Shown in pieces: positions 1 through 13,712 of a stretch of 64,000 nucleotides of DNA (within the stretch, counting starts at the first letter, position 1; each line of letters starts with the position of its first letter). The stretch covers positions 620,001 through 684,000 of the forward strand of contig NC_090601.1 of assembly GCF_000497125.1 (NCBI RefSeq), read 5' to 3'. The stretch comes from Spironucleus salmonicida. Taxonomy: Eukaryota. The position numbers and the translations under genes are program-made. The notes beneath the pieces were generated by a model. The model was not told where the DNA came from. It did no database searches and was given only the letters and a program-made list of their open reading frames with translations.

Positions 1-828
1 GTTGATCACATTATTATCATTTTAATCAATGGTTTTTTTCCTGTTTATGCATAATGACTAAAAACTATCTACCTGCAAAATATAGATTTTAATAAACTTT
101 AAAAAGAGCAATCTTGATTAGTGTATTTACTAAAAATATGTACCACCAGTACCTACTAAAAAATTACATATGAATAAAATATTATCTTATTTTATCTTCC
201 TCTATTATCAAAATATTATCTTACATAAAATAATATGAGGAAATCTTACTACGTGTAAAATGTTTAAACGTGGATAAACCAAAAGATAAAACTGTAAATA
301 ATTAATCATAGTTCATATAATTTCTTATAAAGAATAGAATATTAGATAAACTGAAATTTAGTAAATATTAAGATATTCGAAAAGTTAAATCTATAAATAA
401 TGATTAATTCAATCATGAATAATGATTTACTCTGTTGTTTCGCTATTTTTTAAAGTCTTTTTAACTATAAAATACTATATATTTGTATTTGTTATCAGGT
501 TTAATGATTGTAATAATTTAGTTCTTTATTGTAATCAAATTAATCTGTAGTTCTTAATCATATCAGGTTGAACTAGTGCTCTTAATGTAGATATAATAAA
601 ATTATAGATTATAACTTTTTGGAAGTACAAGAAGTCGAAATTATTTAAGCAATTAATTTATATTGTTACCCATTATTTCTAAATACGAATGTGTGATTGT
701 ATTGTACTCTTCTCAGCTATTTTATATATTAATTAAAATATCTGTACTTAGTTGCATAAATTTAAATATTATACTTAATAGAGTAAAAACTTATAATAAT
801 ATTTAAACAAATAATAAAGTTAATTAAT

Positions 829-2706
829 TCATTATGTTTTAAAATGGAAATTTTTAGCATTAATAATATCACAGTTGGATTAGAGCCAAATCATCCATTA
901 ACTAAGTATCTTTTCATCTTGTAGGGTCTCACTATCACCAATAATAAAAAGCTACTATTTAGCTCTAGTAATACTGACATTAATTCTTTTCTAGTTATCC
1001 ACAAACCCTGCTTGTTTATGTTTATTACTTCGTGTCATGCTTAAAATTATTATATCTTTTTCACGTCCTTAAAAACTATCAACAGTATGTATTTCTACTT
1101 CGCTATTTTAAAAATTCTTAGATAGAAGATTAACTTAAGCTGAATAAGGAGCTATAATACCAATATTTTCAAGTTTCGTATTTTTGCTTAATAAATTTAT
1201 CAAATGCATTACTAACTGAACTTCACCATAATTGTTTATATATTCTTACTTCTTAATTTCATTGATATTACAATTTTTAGTATCAATAAAAACAATATTT
1301 TTACTACTAACTATAGGATTTTTAACTTTTATGTTGCAATGACTAGTAAGTTTGCCATCATAAAAGCTAATGCTGGGAAAATTACATATTTAAGGCCCAA
1401 AACGATATGAAATATCCAAAAAATCAAAATCAAAATCTTTTTATTCATTTTGGGTCAATCGTTCTATCGTAGAAACAGAAAAGTTTTAAATAAGTTTTGC
1501 AGCTGGATTTATAATAGTAGCATCTAATTAACGGGGGTCTCCACAAAGAACTAAACCGCCACTGCACTTTAAAATAGCAGCTGCTAAATCCACATTAAGA
1601 GTTTATCCAGCTTCGTCTACAACGGCTAGATCAAATTCTTATTTAAGAGTTGTAGCAAAACTTAAGGTGCAAGCTATGATTTTCTGCTCGGCATAAACTT
1701 ATTCACTAAATTTGTTAATTGCAATGCGCAAGGAACGATTCGCTTCGTTTAAATTTATTTTAGCAATATCTATTTATGACCGGATATTAATCTTTAATGC
1801 GTCCTTTAATAATAATTCACAGTTTTATACTAATAATAATTCTTCTTAAAGCTCATTGTATTTACTTTATATGATAATTTATTCTAATGTAAATTATTAC
1901 ATATCAGGGCTGATACGAGATAGTGAGCCTAATCTCAGTCCTTTTGTTTTTAAAATTAAATTATCAACCGCAATATTCGATGATGCTGCTATTAATATAT
2001 AATTTTTAGGATTTAACTTTTAGTACATTCTTATACCTTCTGCTAATGTATAAGTTTTTCCTGTTCCAGGCGGTTCTTAAATTATAAGAAGTTATCCTTT
2101 CTTTATTTAAGCTAGCTTAGATGCTGCAAGTGTTTAAGATAAATTCAAAGTTGGAAAGTTTAACTATTTAAATTAAATTTTTTAAAATTGCGGTTTTGAT
2201 GAGAAAATAGCTATATGCAAAGGCCTGTTCTTTAGTGCATTGATAGATTCAGTATTACGTTCAGCACTTATATCTGAGTAGCCATCTGTTATTATGTATT
2301 GAGATGAGTTAGGTTGATCATCTAAACTTAGATTTTTATTATTTACTAGAATTTTAATTTATTTGTTATTAACTGACAATATTGTTGCGCAATCTAAAAA
2401 TTATAATTATTAACTAAAAATATAAACTAACTATTTTTAGCGAAAGTTTGAGGGATATAGAAGCTCAAATATTATAGAATATTAATGCATACGCTCTTCA
2501 TATTATATTTATTATATTTCTAGATTTATTAGTGCTTTTCCAGTCTTTACTAAATATTACAATGATTTTGTTGGATGAAGTTTTAAGAATGGATATCTTT
2601 TCTCATTAAACTCGAATCCATCTGGTAATTAAATTTATCTTATTTAAGCAATACGCTCCAACCTAATGCCTTGATAGTTGTCTTCATAAAATGCATGCGA
2701 AGGCAT
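829..2706 (-). CDS. Superfamily 1 helicase, Upf1/DNA2/NAM7/IGHMBP2-like (625 aa, code 6)
   Basis: Manual translation with TAR=Gln: LIIQEPPGTGKT (Walker A), IAASSNIAVDN (Ia), AVVDEAGQ (Walker B), LCGDPRQL (III), SYRFGPQICNFPSISFY, IGIIAPYSAQ, TVDSFQGREKDIIILS (V), RINVSITRAK (VI). Single frame from ATG 2706 to TGA 829. Confidence 0.92.
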
Positions 2707-4072
2707 TTTCAAAATATGTAAATATCTTTATAATGAATATATGTATCAAATATACTGTATGCAGAATAGTACAATTCAATGCTATTTCTAACAAATTTAA
2801 CATTGAACTAAATTAATTGTGTAATATTTCACAAAAGTAGTAAATTAAACTTGTCGAATAAATTTATTATATAATATATATGTATATATTGGTATTAATT
2901 TTGTTGAATTTTGTACGTATTTTAGTTCTAAAAGTCAACTTATCAGTTGAAATTAAACAAAATATGTAATTTAATTGATCAATACTAAGTATTGCTTAAA
3001 GAAGTTAAAATTTAATTCCAAATGCAAGCATACTATTTAATATTATTTTTTCGTTTTTATTTTCATTAAAATAAATGAGTATAAATACAATATACTAGAC
3101 ATTGATTCAATTTTTAAAGTTATTACCAATATCAATTAATAATCGCTTATACATTCTAACAAGATTAGGATTTTTGTACAAGAAATATTATTAGAAATAG
3201 ATTCTCTCTTTCTATATAATGCCAATATTTGGACTAGTTAGCTATGCGTATAGTATAATAAATAAAGCAAATAGTTATATTTAATACTAATAAGGCAAAT
3301 TATTCAAAATAAAATTTACTAAATGAAATTATTATAATACTTTTAATACTGAATAAGAAAGTTGATTAATGTATATTTTATTATTAATTAATTTTATATT
3401 TTAAAAGTTATTGTATGTTATAAGGTTAACTTCAGCTATATAAACATAATTTATCAGAATAATTTTAATAATCAGTATAGTAATAGGAGGTAACCAAGAT
3501 AAAATAACTATTAGAATGTAAGACAGATTTGTATATTAAATGAAGAACATAAATAACATTTTATGTGTGTTTTTTACTTTTGGAATAAATCTCATATAAC
3601 AACCTTACAGTGTGAAGCACTTAAGGTATACTTAAAAAGTTTGGATAATTTTACAATTTAATGAAGTTTAATAATAATGAACCATGAATAGCATTATGTT
3701 ATAAGTTACAAGTGGCGAATTGAATCTTACCTAGTAAATTATACCTCCCCCTCTGTCTCAAAAGAGCAATGATAAGTGGAAGAATGTATATACCTATATT
3801 TAAATAATATTAACGATAGTAATAACAGCAAATCTGATTAACTTTGTATGCAGTAGATAGTAATAATAATTTTAGTGATTATTAATTGAAACTATCTGAG
3901 TATGTCATAAAACTCGTTACAAACTACAAAATAAATATTTTAATCCTAAAATGTTAATAACTCGTAATAGTAATACTTTTACGTTAGTGATAAGTTGTAT
4001 CTTACGCAATTTATAGTCAAATTATTATAAGTTATTATATATTTTATAATTATAATAAAATAAAATAAGAAT

Positions 4073-4912
4073 TCATTTCAATCTTGGAATGAGTATATTT
4101 TCAATAAAATTATTGTTTAGCACATAAGAAAGATGATCTAAATCCGTTTAAACAAATTCAATTCTGCCTTATTCAACCATACTCCTCAAACCAAATGTAT
4201 CCTCTTTGTATTCAGGTCTATCTTAATATTCAACAACGTCCTTATCTTTATTTTCTTTAAATACACCAAAGAAAGTACTTTACCATGGTGTTATAATACC
4301 ATCATTTGGTCCACCAAACAATACGATTTATGCCACACTCATAAAATTTTCTTTACGCTGCTAGCTATATTCTCTAATATTATCTAAAATAGCTAAAGAG
4401 GTTGACCTTTCTTGATACACTTCAAGTTAGTAAGGATCTCTCCAGTAATTTGATGCTCCAATACCATTTTGCCAAGAGTCTTTATAAACATGATTTTCAA
4501 TATAATTATTAATAAACCAGGGGAAGGATACATGAAAACACTTACTTTTTCTGCCACAAAATTATCCACCTAATGGACCAGCTAGTGAAAAATATTTGAT
4601 AACCGGTGGGGAATCATGTTAATGAAGTTCAATATATTATCTAAATAAATAAGATCCCTATGAATGTCCAATAGCATAAAATCCATTCTTAGTATCTTCA
4701 TCATCCATGATACATGTTCTTAGTTCACTTACTTATTAGTTAATAGGAGTGACTATAGAGCTAATTTAACCATTACCAACCTCACAGTTGATGACTTTTC
4801 TATCTGGAAAAGCATTTTCAATTTTATGTTTAAGATGTAATAAAGTATCCTTATGATCCATGAAACCATGCATTATTACTATTGGAGTTTGAATGCTTAG
4901 CAATGCTATCAT
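4073..4912 (-). CDS. Palmitoyl-protein thioesterase (PPT1-like alpha/beta hydrolase), 279 aa
   Basis: MIALLSIQTPIVIMHGF...IGHSQG (nucleophile elbow, Q=TAG)...SLAGPLGG...NYWRDP...NDGIITPWQSTFFG...EDTFGLRSM...DH. Ends in TGA. Confidence 0.9.
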
Positions 4913-5531
4913 TTTTAATAAATTCTGTTTTAATATTATTATATAAGCATTATAATTATTTAATAGTTTATTTGAATTTAATTTCTCATATATAATATTA
5001 ATTACGATATAAACATACAGGTTCAAATTATTTTTTTTATATATATTAAAATTAATTTATATAGCATAAAAATTTACTTTTAGATAATAAAATTGAGGTA
5101 ACAATACATTACCTTCTCAAAATATTTAGATTAATAAACAATAAATGAATAGCTGAATTATCATAGATGATGAGAAAGTTTACGAATTTAATTACATCTT
5201 ACTTATTCATTAGTTATTACGCACCAATATATATTGAAAATTATTTTAATGCTTTACTATCTATTGCATTATATTATATTAATACTAAATACATACTATA
5301 AATTATATATGATTTAAGTATAACATGATTAATATGGTTTAACAAAATATAATATCTTATACTTGATGTGGTATAATTGTAAATATTATTATATTTATTG
5401 AAATTTTATATAGATCGAATCTAAGCATTCAAAATAAGCAAATTTCATATTATTTTGATATTTATGCAAGTAGTAAATATATAATATATTATAAAGATAT
5501 TACAAAATGAAAAAAAACCATATATAATATA

Positions 5532-5939
5532 TCATTCATAATAGCAAAACTGTCCTCTACATCGCTTTATTATCATTAATATAACGATTATTTTTCTAGT
5601 AAGGATACAACTATAGTATTCATTTATAGTATCAGCCTTTTTATGTAGTAATTTTATTTCAAATATACTATTCCTGAGCTTCTCCTAGAGTGGAATTCTC
5701 AATAATTTTATTTCAGTTAACATTTCTTCATTATAAAATTTTGCTATATGTTCTTCGTTGAAGTCGGATAGTTTATGTTACTATAAGGATAGTGTACTAG
5801 AAAGTTCACATGCCGCTCTAGCATATAATGCTCTCTTTTTCCAAAATATTGCTTTTACTGATGCAGGTGAATTATCAGGCGGAGGAGTTATGTATTTAGA
5901 TGGGGCTTGCTTAGGTGCAAAATATTTTTTTCGGCGCAT
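5532..5939 (-). CDS. Hypothetical basic protein, 135 aa (MRRKKYFAPKQAPSKYITPPPDNSPAS...)
   Basis: Open code-6 frame from ATG to TGA. The paralog at 26100-26506 shows codon-aware, largely synonymous or conservative divergence. Confidence 0.75.
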
Positions 5940-7289
5940 TTATAAACTAATCTACTATATAATATATTAATATTAATAAAAATTAAAACACAAAAACTTC
6001 AAATAATTAGTTAAAATTATATTTTTTATATACATCTTTTAGTTAGCATGTTTGACCATGTAAAAAAATCCTTTATTCTAGAAAACTAGAGTATTTGTTA
6101 TATAAAAGTAGTAAAAGTACTTGTATTTATGCACGTATATAGATTAAAATGAATATAGTAATGTGTTATTCATTAAATCTCAGATACTCTCATTATTATT
6201 AATATAGTATATTTATAATTGGTGTGTGGTCAGGTTTAATATATTAACAACTAATTAAAATTAGTAATTCAGCTCAAATAGTCACATCAAATTCGTCGTC
6301 TATAGTATATGGGGATGCCATCAGTTCGCTGGGGAGACACCCCGCATGGTGGTCTTAGCTATGTTTCTTTCGCTCCAAATTTAAAATTACAGAAAATCCG
6401 AGTCTATCCATTTTGGAGACTCAGTATAATTGCAACAACATACTGAGTTTTATTAAGTTGAATTTACGGTAAATGATTGTGCGTATTGGCACGTAGTATT
6501 TATTATAATATTGGTTAAGGCGGGCAACAGTTTCTTTATTCTAGTGGCAGTAAAGATATTACCTAATATTAAAATATTAAATGTAAAGTTTTATTTGATA
6601 GATATAATGCCAATTCTTTATTATAACTAAAATTTATTGCGCACATTGTTCACAATTTATAGTAGAAACTATACTGTTTAAACATTATAAGGCCGAAAGT
6701 CTTTACATATCTGTTCCAAGGGCACTATCGGAAAATAAATGATTGCTATAGAATATCTAAGCATCTTCCTGCTGATATTCGAAATGCATAAAGTAGCATG
6801 AGGTCTAAACCTGCACAAGGCGGCTGAGCACAATATCCCGATAGTATCAAATCTCATAAAGTGTGCTGCATGCGTGCTAAGTAACAAAGTCGGCGAAGGG
6901 TTTGACTCTTAATAATGATAGCTCTCTTAAACTCGAGTTGCTGCAGAATATTGAGAGTAACGATTGTCCAGACGGTTTGAATCTTTCTACCGACCTGTGC
7001 CGCCCCTGTTAACTTATTGTCGATTCCAGCGGAAGCGGTGATACCGGAACCCAGGCAAACGCCTATGTTGTTCGTTCAGCGAATCTGCATTTACCCTAAG
7101 GCTTTAATGCGTATCAAGCTGCACGCCCATATTTTCATCAGCTTAGCCTCAAGATACTGCGCTCGGCTGGGCCCGATGCACTATCTGCACAAGCAATTTC
7201 TCGCAGCGAGCGCCCCAATCGGAGTCTCGCATTCCGCGACCACGTTCAGCCTATATATAGTATACTATCTTATGTTGCCCTTCCCAAAA

Positions 7290-9011
7290 ATGTCGCTGGC
7301 CGTCACCTTCATCCCAGTCGATTTCACTATTTTCACATCCCCTCGGCTCCAGCATTACAAGCAGAACTTGCGCGCCATCCGCGCCAAGTACGTCGTCAAG
7401 GGGCAGGTGCTGCAGCAGAAGATCCGCCCCCGCGAGCCGCTCACGCAGGAGGAGCTCCAGTCGCTGCGCCTCAACGAGCGCATGATCGAGAAGTACCCGA
7501 CCACCGACCTCTTCCTGAACCAGCTGCAGCAGGACTGCGAGACCCAGATCGTCTTCCTGTGCATCGGCGAGGACTCGCGCATGGTGCTGAGCTCGACCAG
7601 CTTCCCGCACATTCTCATAAGCGGTCCGCTGCTGTCCAGCGTGGTGGGGAAGCAGCTGCAGAACGTGGACTTTCAGCAGATCCTGGCGATTCTGCAGCCC
7701 CAGAAGCAGACGTTCTGGCCCGTGAAGTTCAGCAAGACTTCCTTCCAGGAGAGCCAAATCGACAACGACGACGGCGTGGTCCTCGAGAACGTGAACTTCA
7801 CCCAGGTCCAGGGGGTGAAGACCGTGAACAGCCTAGAGGTGCTGAGCCAGATCGTCGACGTGCTCCTGGCCCAGTTCCCGGCCAAGTTCCAGCAGTTCGT
7901 GTACCATTTCACTGCGATTTTGGTTTTCCACTCCAAATTCGAGGAGATCCAGAACTACGCGATTTGCGTGAACTTCCACACGGTGTGCCCGCAGGAAATC
8001 GCGCAGCATTTCGGCATCCCGCACATGGACATCCTGGACGTGAGAAACTCGACCCTGAACACGATTTTCATCAAGCTGAACCAGCGCGCGAACTCTGGGG
8101 ATATCCTGCAGAAGGTCGCCGAGAAGTCGCACATCAAGCCGTACCTGACCAAGAGCTACCCGGCGAACGCGTGCGACTTGCTGATTCCCGTGGCGAGCCT
8201 TGACAGCGAGGTGCCCCGGAGGTTCTGCAGCCAAAACCGCAAGTTGGTGCAGAACGAAGCGGTTTACCACATCACGAACAATATATACCAGATAGAAGAA
8301 AATAAAATTACCGTAAAGGAGAAAGTTCAGTACTACTACGTGCAGCTGGTCAACAGCAACCAGCTCGCAAAACTCGTGAGCCTGAAGGGCTTCCTGCTCA
8401 TTAACTCCGACGCGATTCCCAACAAGGGCGTGAGGGTCCAGCTGCAGGACTCGCTGCCCTCGCCGAGCATAACGGTGCCCTCGCAGGTCGTGTACAAGAT
8501 CGCGGCGCTCCTGGAGCAGATCCAGCCCGTCAAGGTGTTCGTGGACGCCCAGATCCGCGAGCTCACGCAGCTGCTGAAGGACACGCAGACCTCGCACCTG
8601 CTCTGCTGGGCCCTGCACAACCCCTTCGTGCAGGGCGTGGGCCCCATCCGGCTGTTCAACAACTACTGCATCCTGCTCTGCAACAACCAGGAGCAGGCGC
8701 AGGCCATGATCGGCAGCTGGAGCGGGAAGTGGGTCAAAAACCGCCAGATCTCGGCCGAGCTCTGCAACGACGCCGAGGGCAACGAGGTTGCGGGCCAGTA
8801 CTGCAAGCTTCAGGCCCAGCACTACCAGCCGTGCTTCTGCCTGAACTTCAAGGGTAAGTTCCCCGAGAGCGAGTTCCAGGGGGTGCGGACGGCCAAGGCG
8901 CAGGGCGAGATGACGCAAATCCAGTTCAAGGCCGAGGCGGACGCAGACGCGGGCTACTGCATGCTGAAGCGGCGGGGCGTGCAGGACCTGATCAGGATTA
9001 ACTTCGAGTGA
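7290..9011 (+). CDS. Hypothetical 573-aa protein with probable degenerate RRM-like C-terminal domain(s)
   Basis: GC3-rich long ORF. ATG 7290 follows a C-rich motif (gcccttcccaaaa); alternative ATG at 7272. YCILLCNNQEQAQAMIGSWSGKWVKNRQISAELC resembles RRM beta3-alpha2-beta4. The three differences I saw versus the second copy are synonymous. Ends GAG TGA. Confidence 0.8.
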   Translation: MSLAVTFIPVDFTIFTSPRLQHYKQNLRAIRAKYVVKGQVLQQKIRPREPLTQEELQSLRLNERMIEKYPTTDLFLNQLQQDCETQIVFLCIGEDSRMVLSSTSFPHILISGPLLSSVVGKQLQNVDFQQILAILQPQKQTFWPVKFSKTSFQESQIDNDDGVVLENVNFTQVQGVKTVNSLEVLSQIVDVLLAQFPAKFQQFVYHFTAILVFHSKFEEIQNYAICVNFHTVCPQEIAQHFGIPHMDILDVRNSTLNTIFIKLNQRANSGDILQKVAEKSHIKPYLTKSYPANACDLLIPVASLDSEVPRRFCSQNRKLVQNEAVYHITNNIYQIEENKITVKEKVQYYYVQLVNSNQLAKLVSLKGFLLINSDAIPNKGVRVQLQDSLPSPSITVPSQVVYKIAALLEQIQPVKVFVDAQIRELTQLLKDTQTSHLLCWALHNPFVQGVGPIRLFNNYCILLCNNQEQAQAMIGSWSGKWVKNRQISAELCNDAEGNEVAGQYCKLQAQHYQPCFCLNFKGKFPESEFQGVRTAKAQGEMTQIQFKAEADADAGYCMLKRRGVQDLIRINFE

Positions 9012-10510
9012 GGGGAAAGTTGGGGTTTGTGTATAGGCAGCTTGGGGATAGCGGGCAAGTCGGGGTTAGTTTCTTGGTGCTGTCTGCTGCGGAACGCGGT
9101 GCGAAATATTACAATGTTCATCCTGGTGCTATAGTGGGCTGACCTTACTCCCCACAAGCCTGGCGATGCCGAGGATGGCTGCAGCGTTCACGGTGCCAAG
9201 ATCCAGCCGTCATGCTGCTGGCACTGCTGCCTACTTCCCCGGGCCCTACGGAACCTAGTCAGAAGAAATACCGGCAGACCAGGGCTACCTAGCCCTGCAG
9301 GCTGCACTCAGTGCGGCTAGCAACATAAGTGCATGATGCTGCTGCCCGCATAATCGTTGCCTTACAGCTATCTAGCGACAGGCCGCGGCTCTGTGCTAAC
9401 TTGGTGGCCTTTCCTGGTCTACGGCCGTTGATACGAGCAGCGGGCAACATGGCCCAGGCTGGGAAAATGCTGGCAAGATATCTTCGCACTATCTAGATGA
9501 GCATGCATCTGCTGCGGTGCCAAGCTTGAGGTATCAAGATCAGGTATTTTGTCTCCTGCAAGACAGTGCAGCCGTTGTCACTCGCAACATGGTTATGAGA
9601 AACAGATCGAGACTGGCGGTACATGGCCACTGACCACACCCGTACCTGGGATATGTCAATTCGAACATCCCGCATGAGATGCGATTGGCTTGCATATCTT
9701 TCGCCAGAAAGTGGATACAGCACCTCCATATTCCATATAGCGGCGACGGTCCTCGACGATTGAACAATATAATTTAATGCTTTTTCTAGTATTGTGGTCA
9801 GAGCAGCCTACATTCAGCTTGCCAGGGTAGATTCTACCAACTGGGATTTTACCGTAGCAGGATAGATCCGAGACTCAGCAAACTGCCTTGAACACGCCGC
9901 GCAGAGTGGTAAGTTGTGCAAACACGGCTCTCGTGGACCCTCAGCGTTTGCTGATGCCGAGCTATGGGGTATTCTGGCGTATTGCGTTCGCTAGACTGTA
10001 GTATGGTGAAGGGGCGCCGCTGCCGTGATTGGGGATCCCAACCATACAATGTTTGAGATGCCACTAAGCCAACCGCCCATCGAACCGATATCCCCAGGTC
10101 AGGGGCAAGGCTCTCAGTGACGTCAGGGCTGAGAGCTGGGAAGCAAATCGTGCCTTGTACCGTGCATTAGTACCTGACGGCATAGCCGTAGCTGCGTGGG
10201 CCTTTGGGCAACGAGGGCTGGCCATCCTCCAGGGCGAGGACTCTGGGCCCACCGTGGCTTTTGGGTAGCCAATGGGGCTCGACGCCGACTCCGTGAAACC
10301 CGAATGCTTTCGTCGGGAGTCTAATTTAGGAATGCGGGTTAAATGTATATTAGGCATATAAGGAAACAACAATATCCCAATTTCCATAAGGGGGTATAAT
10401 ATGGTAATAGCTAACTACGGTTTCGCAGAATAATGTAATGTGGCGCGAATAGTATTATGCGAACTATATATTTTGAACAAACTCTAGTTTTTCCCTAACC
10501 GCCAGTATAA

Positions 10511-11533
<1,023 letters not shown>

Positions 11534-12150
11534 TGAAAGTTTATTCACGCAGGTGCGATCACGCGGGAGAGCCGGCTCCTAGCGGCCGCATGACCTGGTC
11601 TGGCTGAAGGTGCGTCTCGCCGTGCAGGACTGCCGGCCCTGGCACCGCGCCGGCAGCGTCCACTTGGCCGCGTAGAGGGCTAGCCCACATTTTTCGCTCG
11701 GCCCAGCTCGGGTATATAAGCGATGGAGTGGTGAGACAGCCTTCGCTTCGAAATGAGTTCTCTGGCCTTTAGGTGGCCCGACCGCAGCCCGTAGCGCCCC
11801 TGCCGCAGTCTGCGTGAAAGCAGCTGCTCTGCCAGGTAAATCGCAGCAGGGACGGGGCGGTGCAGCAACGAGGGATCCCTCGGCGGACTGTGGCGGAGGC
11901 CTCCTTCCAGCGCCCACTCCGGCATGGTAGCTCTCCTGCATGCGTGGCTCGATTAGAGTGGACGCGGGCAGGGACGAGCAACGGCGCATCCGTATCTGCC
12001 TAGCACGAGGGCAGGGCCAGAGTCATCCTTCGCCCCGGTTGCCCCGCACCCCTAGATCACCCCGTCCCGTGTTGCTGTCACGCCGCGTGGGCAATCTCTA
12101 GAGGGCAGGACGCGCGGCGCACCGTTGGCGATGCAGGCTTCGCTCGGAGG

Positions 12151-12192
12151 CCCATTCCATTCTATTTTATTCCATTCCCTTCCCTTCCCTTC
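12151..12192. repeat. Short degenerate pentamer tract (CCATT/CCCTT)n; mirrored at ~19835-19876
   Basis: cccattccattctattttattccattcccttcccttcccttc. Confidence 0.6.
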
Positions 12193-12872
12193 TCGCCGCA
12201 GCCCGCTGGGAAGCTCCCCTCCGAAAGCACAGGGACGGGTGGTCACCGGAGCTGCACATGCATGGTGCTAGTGGCGTGACGAGGTAGTTTCCGGTTGGCG
12301 GCACTGGCAGGGAGCTTGCTGCCGAGTGGGCGGCCCGTTGCTGGCAGTTAGTATAGGCAGGCTTGCAAAATAAATAAAATGTATTATATACTTAAAGCTA
12401 GTATTAGTAATAGAGTTTAAGTTACTTAACTTTATGAGTTGTATATGGCAAGGAGCTCTAGATAATTATTAGTATATTAACAAATAGTTTTAATATCTAA
12501 ATTATACTTTAAATATAAAACTATGTGATAATTAATATCATAAATTTTAATATAGTTATTAAAACAAATGTATATATTAGTTTAATAAAGTAACACTATG
12601 TTCATACAAAATAAAGTTTCAAAATTTTACCATAATGTTATTAAATATATCTAAAACTGTTAATTTATTAGTATACGATTAAAATATTTAAGACTATGAC
12701 TACAATAATTTTGTTATAAATATAAATACCAAGATTTTATTGACATTGTTTAAAACTTAATAGTATTAAGAATTATATTTATTATTTTTTATTAAATTTC
12801 ATATTATAATTTTGATGCCTGTAATAATAAATAAAATTCAAGTAAATGAAACTATAACAAAAGGTCATTCTT

Positions 12873-13112
12873 TCAATTTATGCCTAGATTCTATCGCACT
12901 AAGTCTACTAAGATATTATCTGAGCATGTAATATGAATTTTATCTGTTTACTAGAATCCGTCAAGATTAATGGCAGTATAAAATTTATTTTTTAGCGATG
13001 CTGTAGTTCTATTAGGGAAGTACTCATGTTAAAGATAGTTCCATTTGCATCCAAAAGTTTCAACCAAGTACACTAGAAAATTGACATCTGTTTGTCTCCA
13101 AAGTTTGTTCAT
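12873..13112 (-). CDS. Myb/SANT-like DNA-binding domain protein, 79 aa
   Basis: MNKLWRQTDVNFLVYLVETFGCKWNYLQHEYFPNRTTASLKNKFY fits the W-x19-W...FPxRT...LKNxFY Myb pattern. C-rich motif upstream of the ATG. Confidence 0.85.
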
Positions 13113-13712
13113 ATAGGTAAAGGAAAGGGAGTTTTGCAAAGTTATATATAATAGCAATTTATTAACATAGAATAATTGTAAATATAATTTTGCTTAATGA
13201 TCTAACATTACTATTAAAATTCAGATATAGAAAATATAAATATGATCTACAATAATTACAACATTTAAAAATTAATATTTTCAATTTCTAAAATTAATGT
13301 AAATATCTAGCGAAATAAATCTTTACTAATTCATGTTATTGTAAAAGTTAAATAATTTTATTTGTTGTTCTCGCGTTTTCTTTATCTGGATAAACTATAA
13401 TAAAACTAATAAGAAGTAATTAAGTAGACAAATACTAAAGACTATACAATTTATTATACATCTATTATATTAACTATATTATCGTACTAATTAATTTTTT
13501 GAAGTAAATATAATGGTTAATTTACACCGAAACTAATTTATTAGATTATACAAATTCTTTTTTGATTCCTTTTATTTATATATTACGTTATATATTAATA
13601 TACAAATAAATAATGTGATTTTCCTTTATATTATATCATATTATTAGCACTATTGCACATTAAAAAATCTGATTCTCATATTTATTATAAATAATATAAT
13701 ATATATCTAAAA

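Noticed and set aside
5758-5970. Plus-strand 70-aa ORF and its mirror 26072-26287
   Set aside because: Antisense of the real gene; conservation extends only in the opposite-strand frame.
6320-6890. Long open code-6 frames on the minus strand (mirror 25140-25706)
   Set aside because: More than one frame is open, with no recognisable motif; such lengths arise by chance with a single stop codon.
7017-7289. N-terminal extension of the 664-aa ORF (and mirror 24738-25010)
   Set aside because: Starts at TTG and lacks the GC3 bias; the C-rich motif points to ATG 7290.
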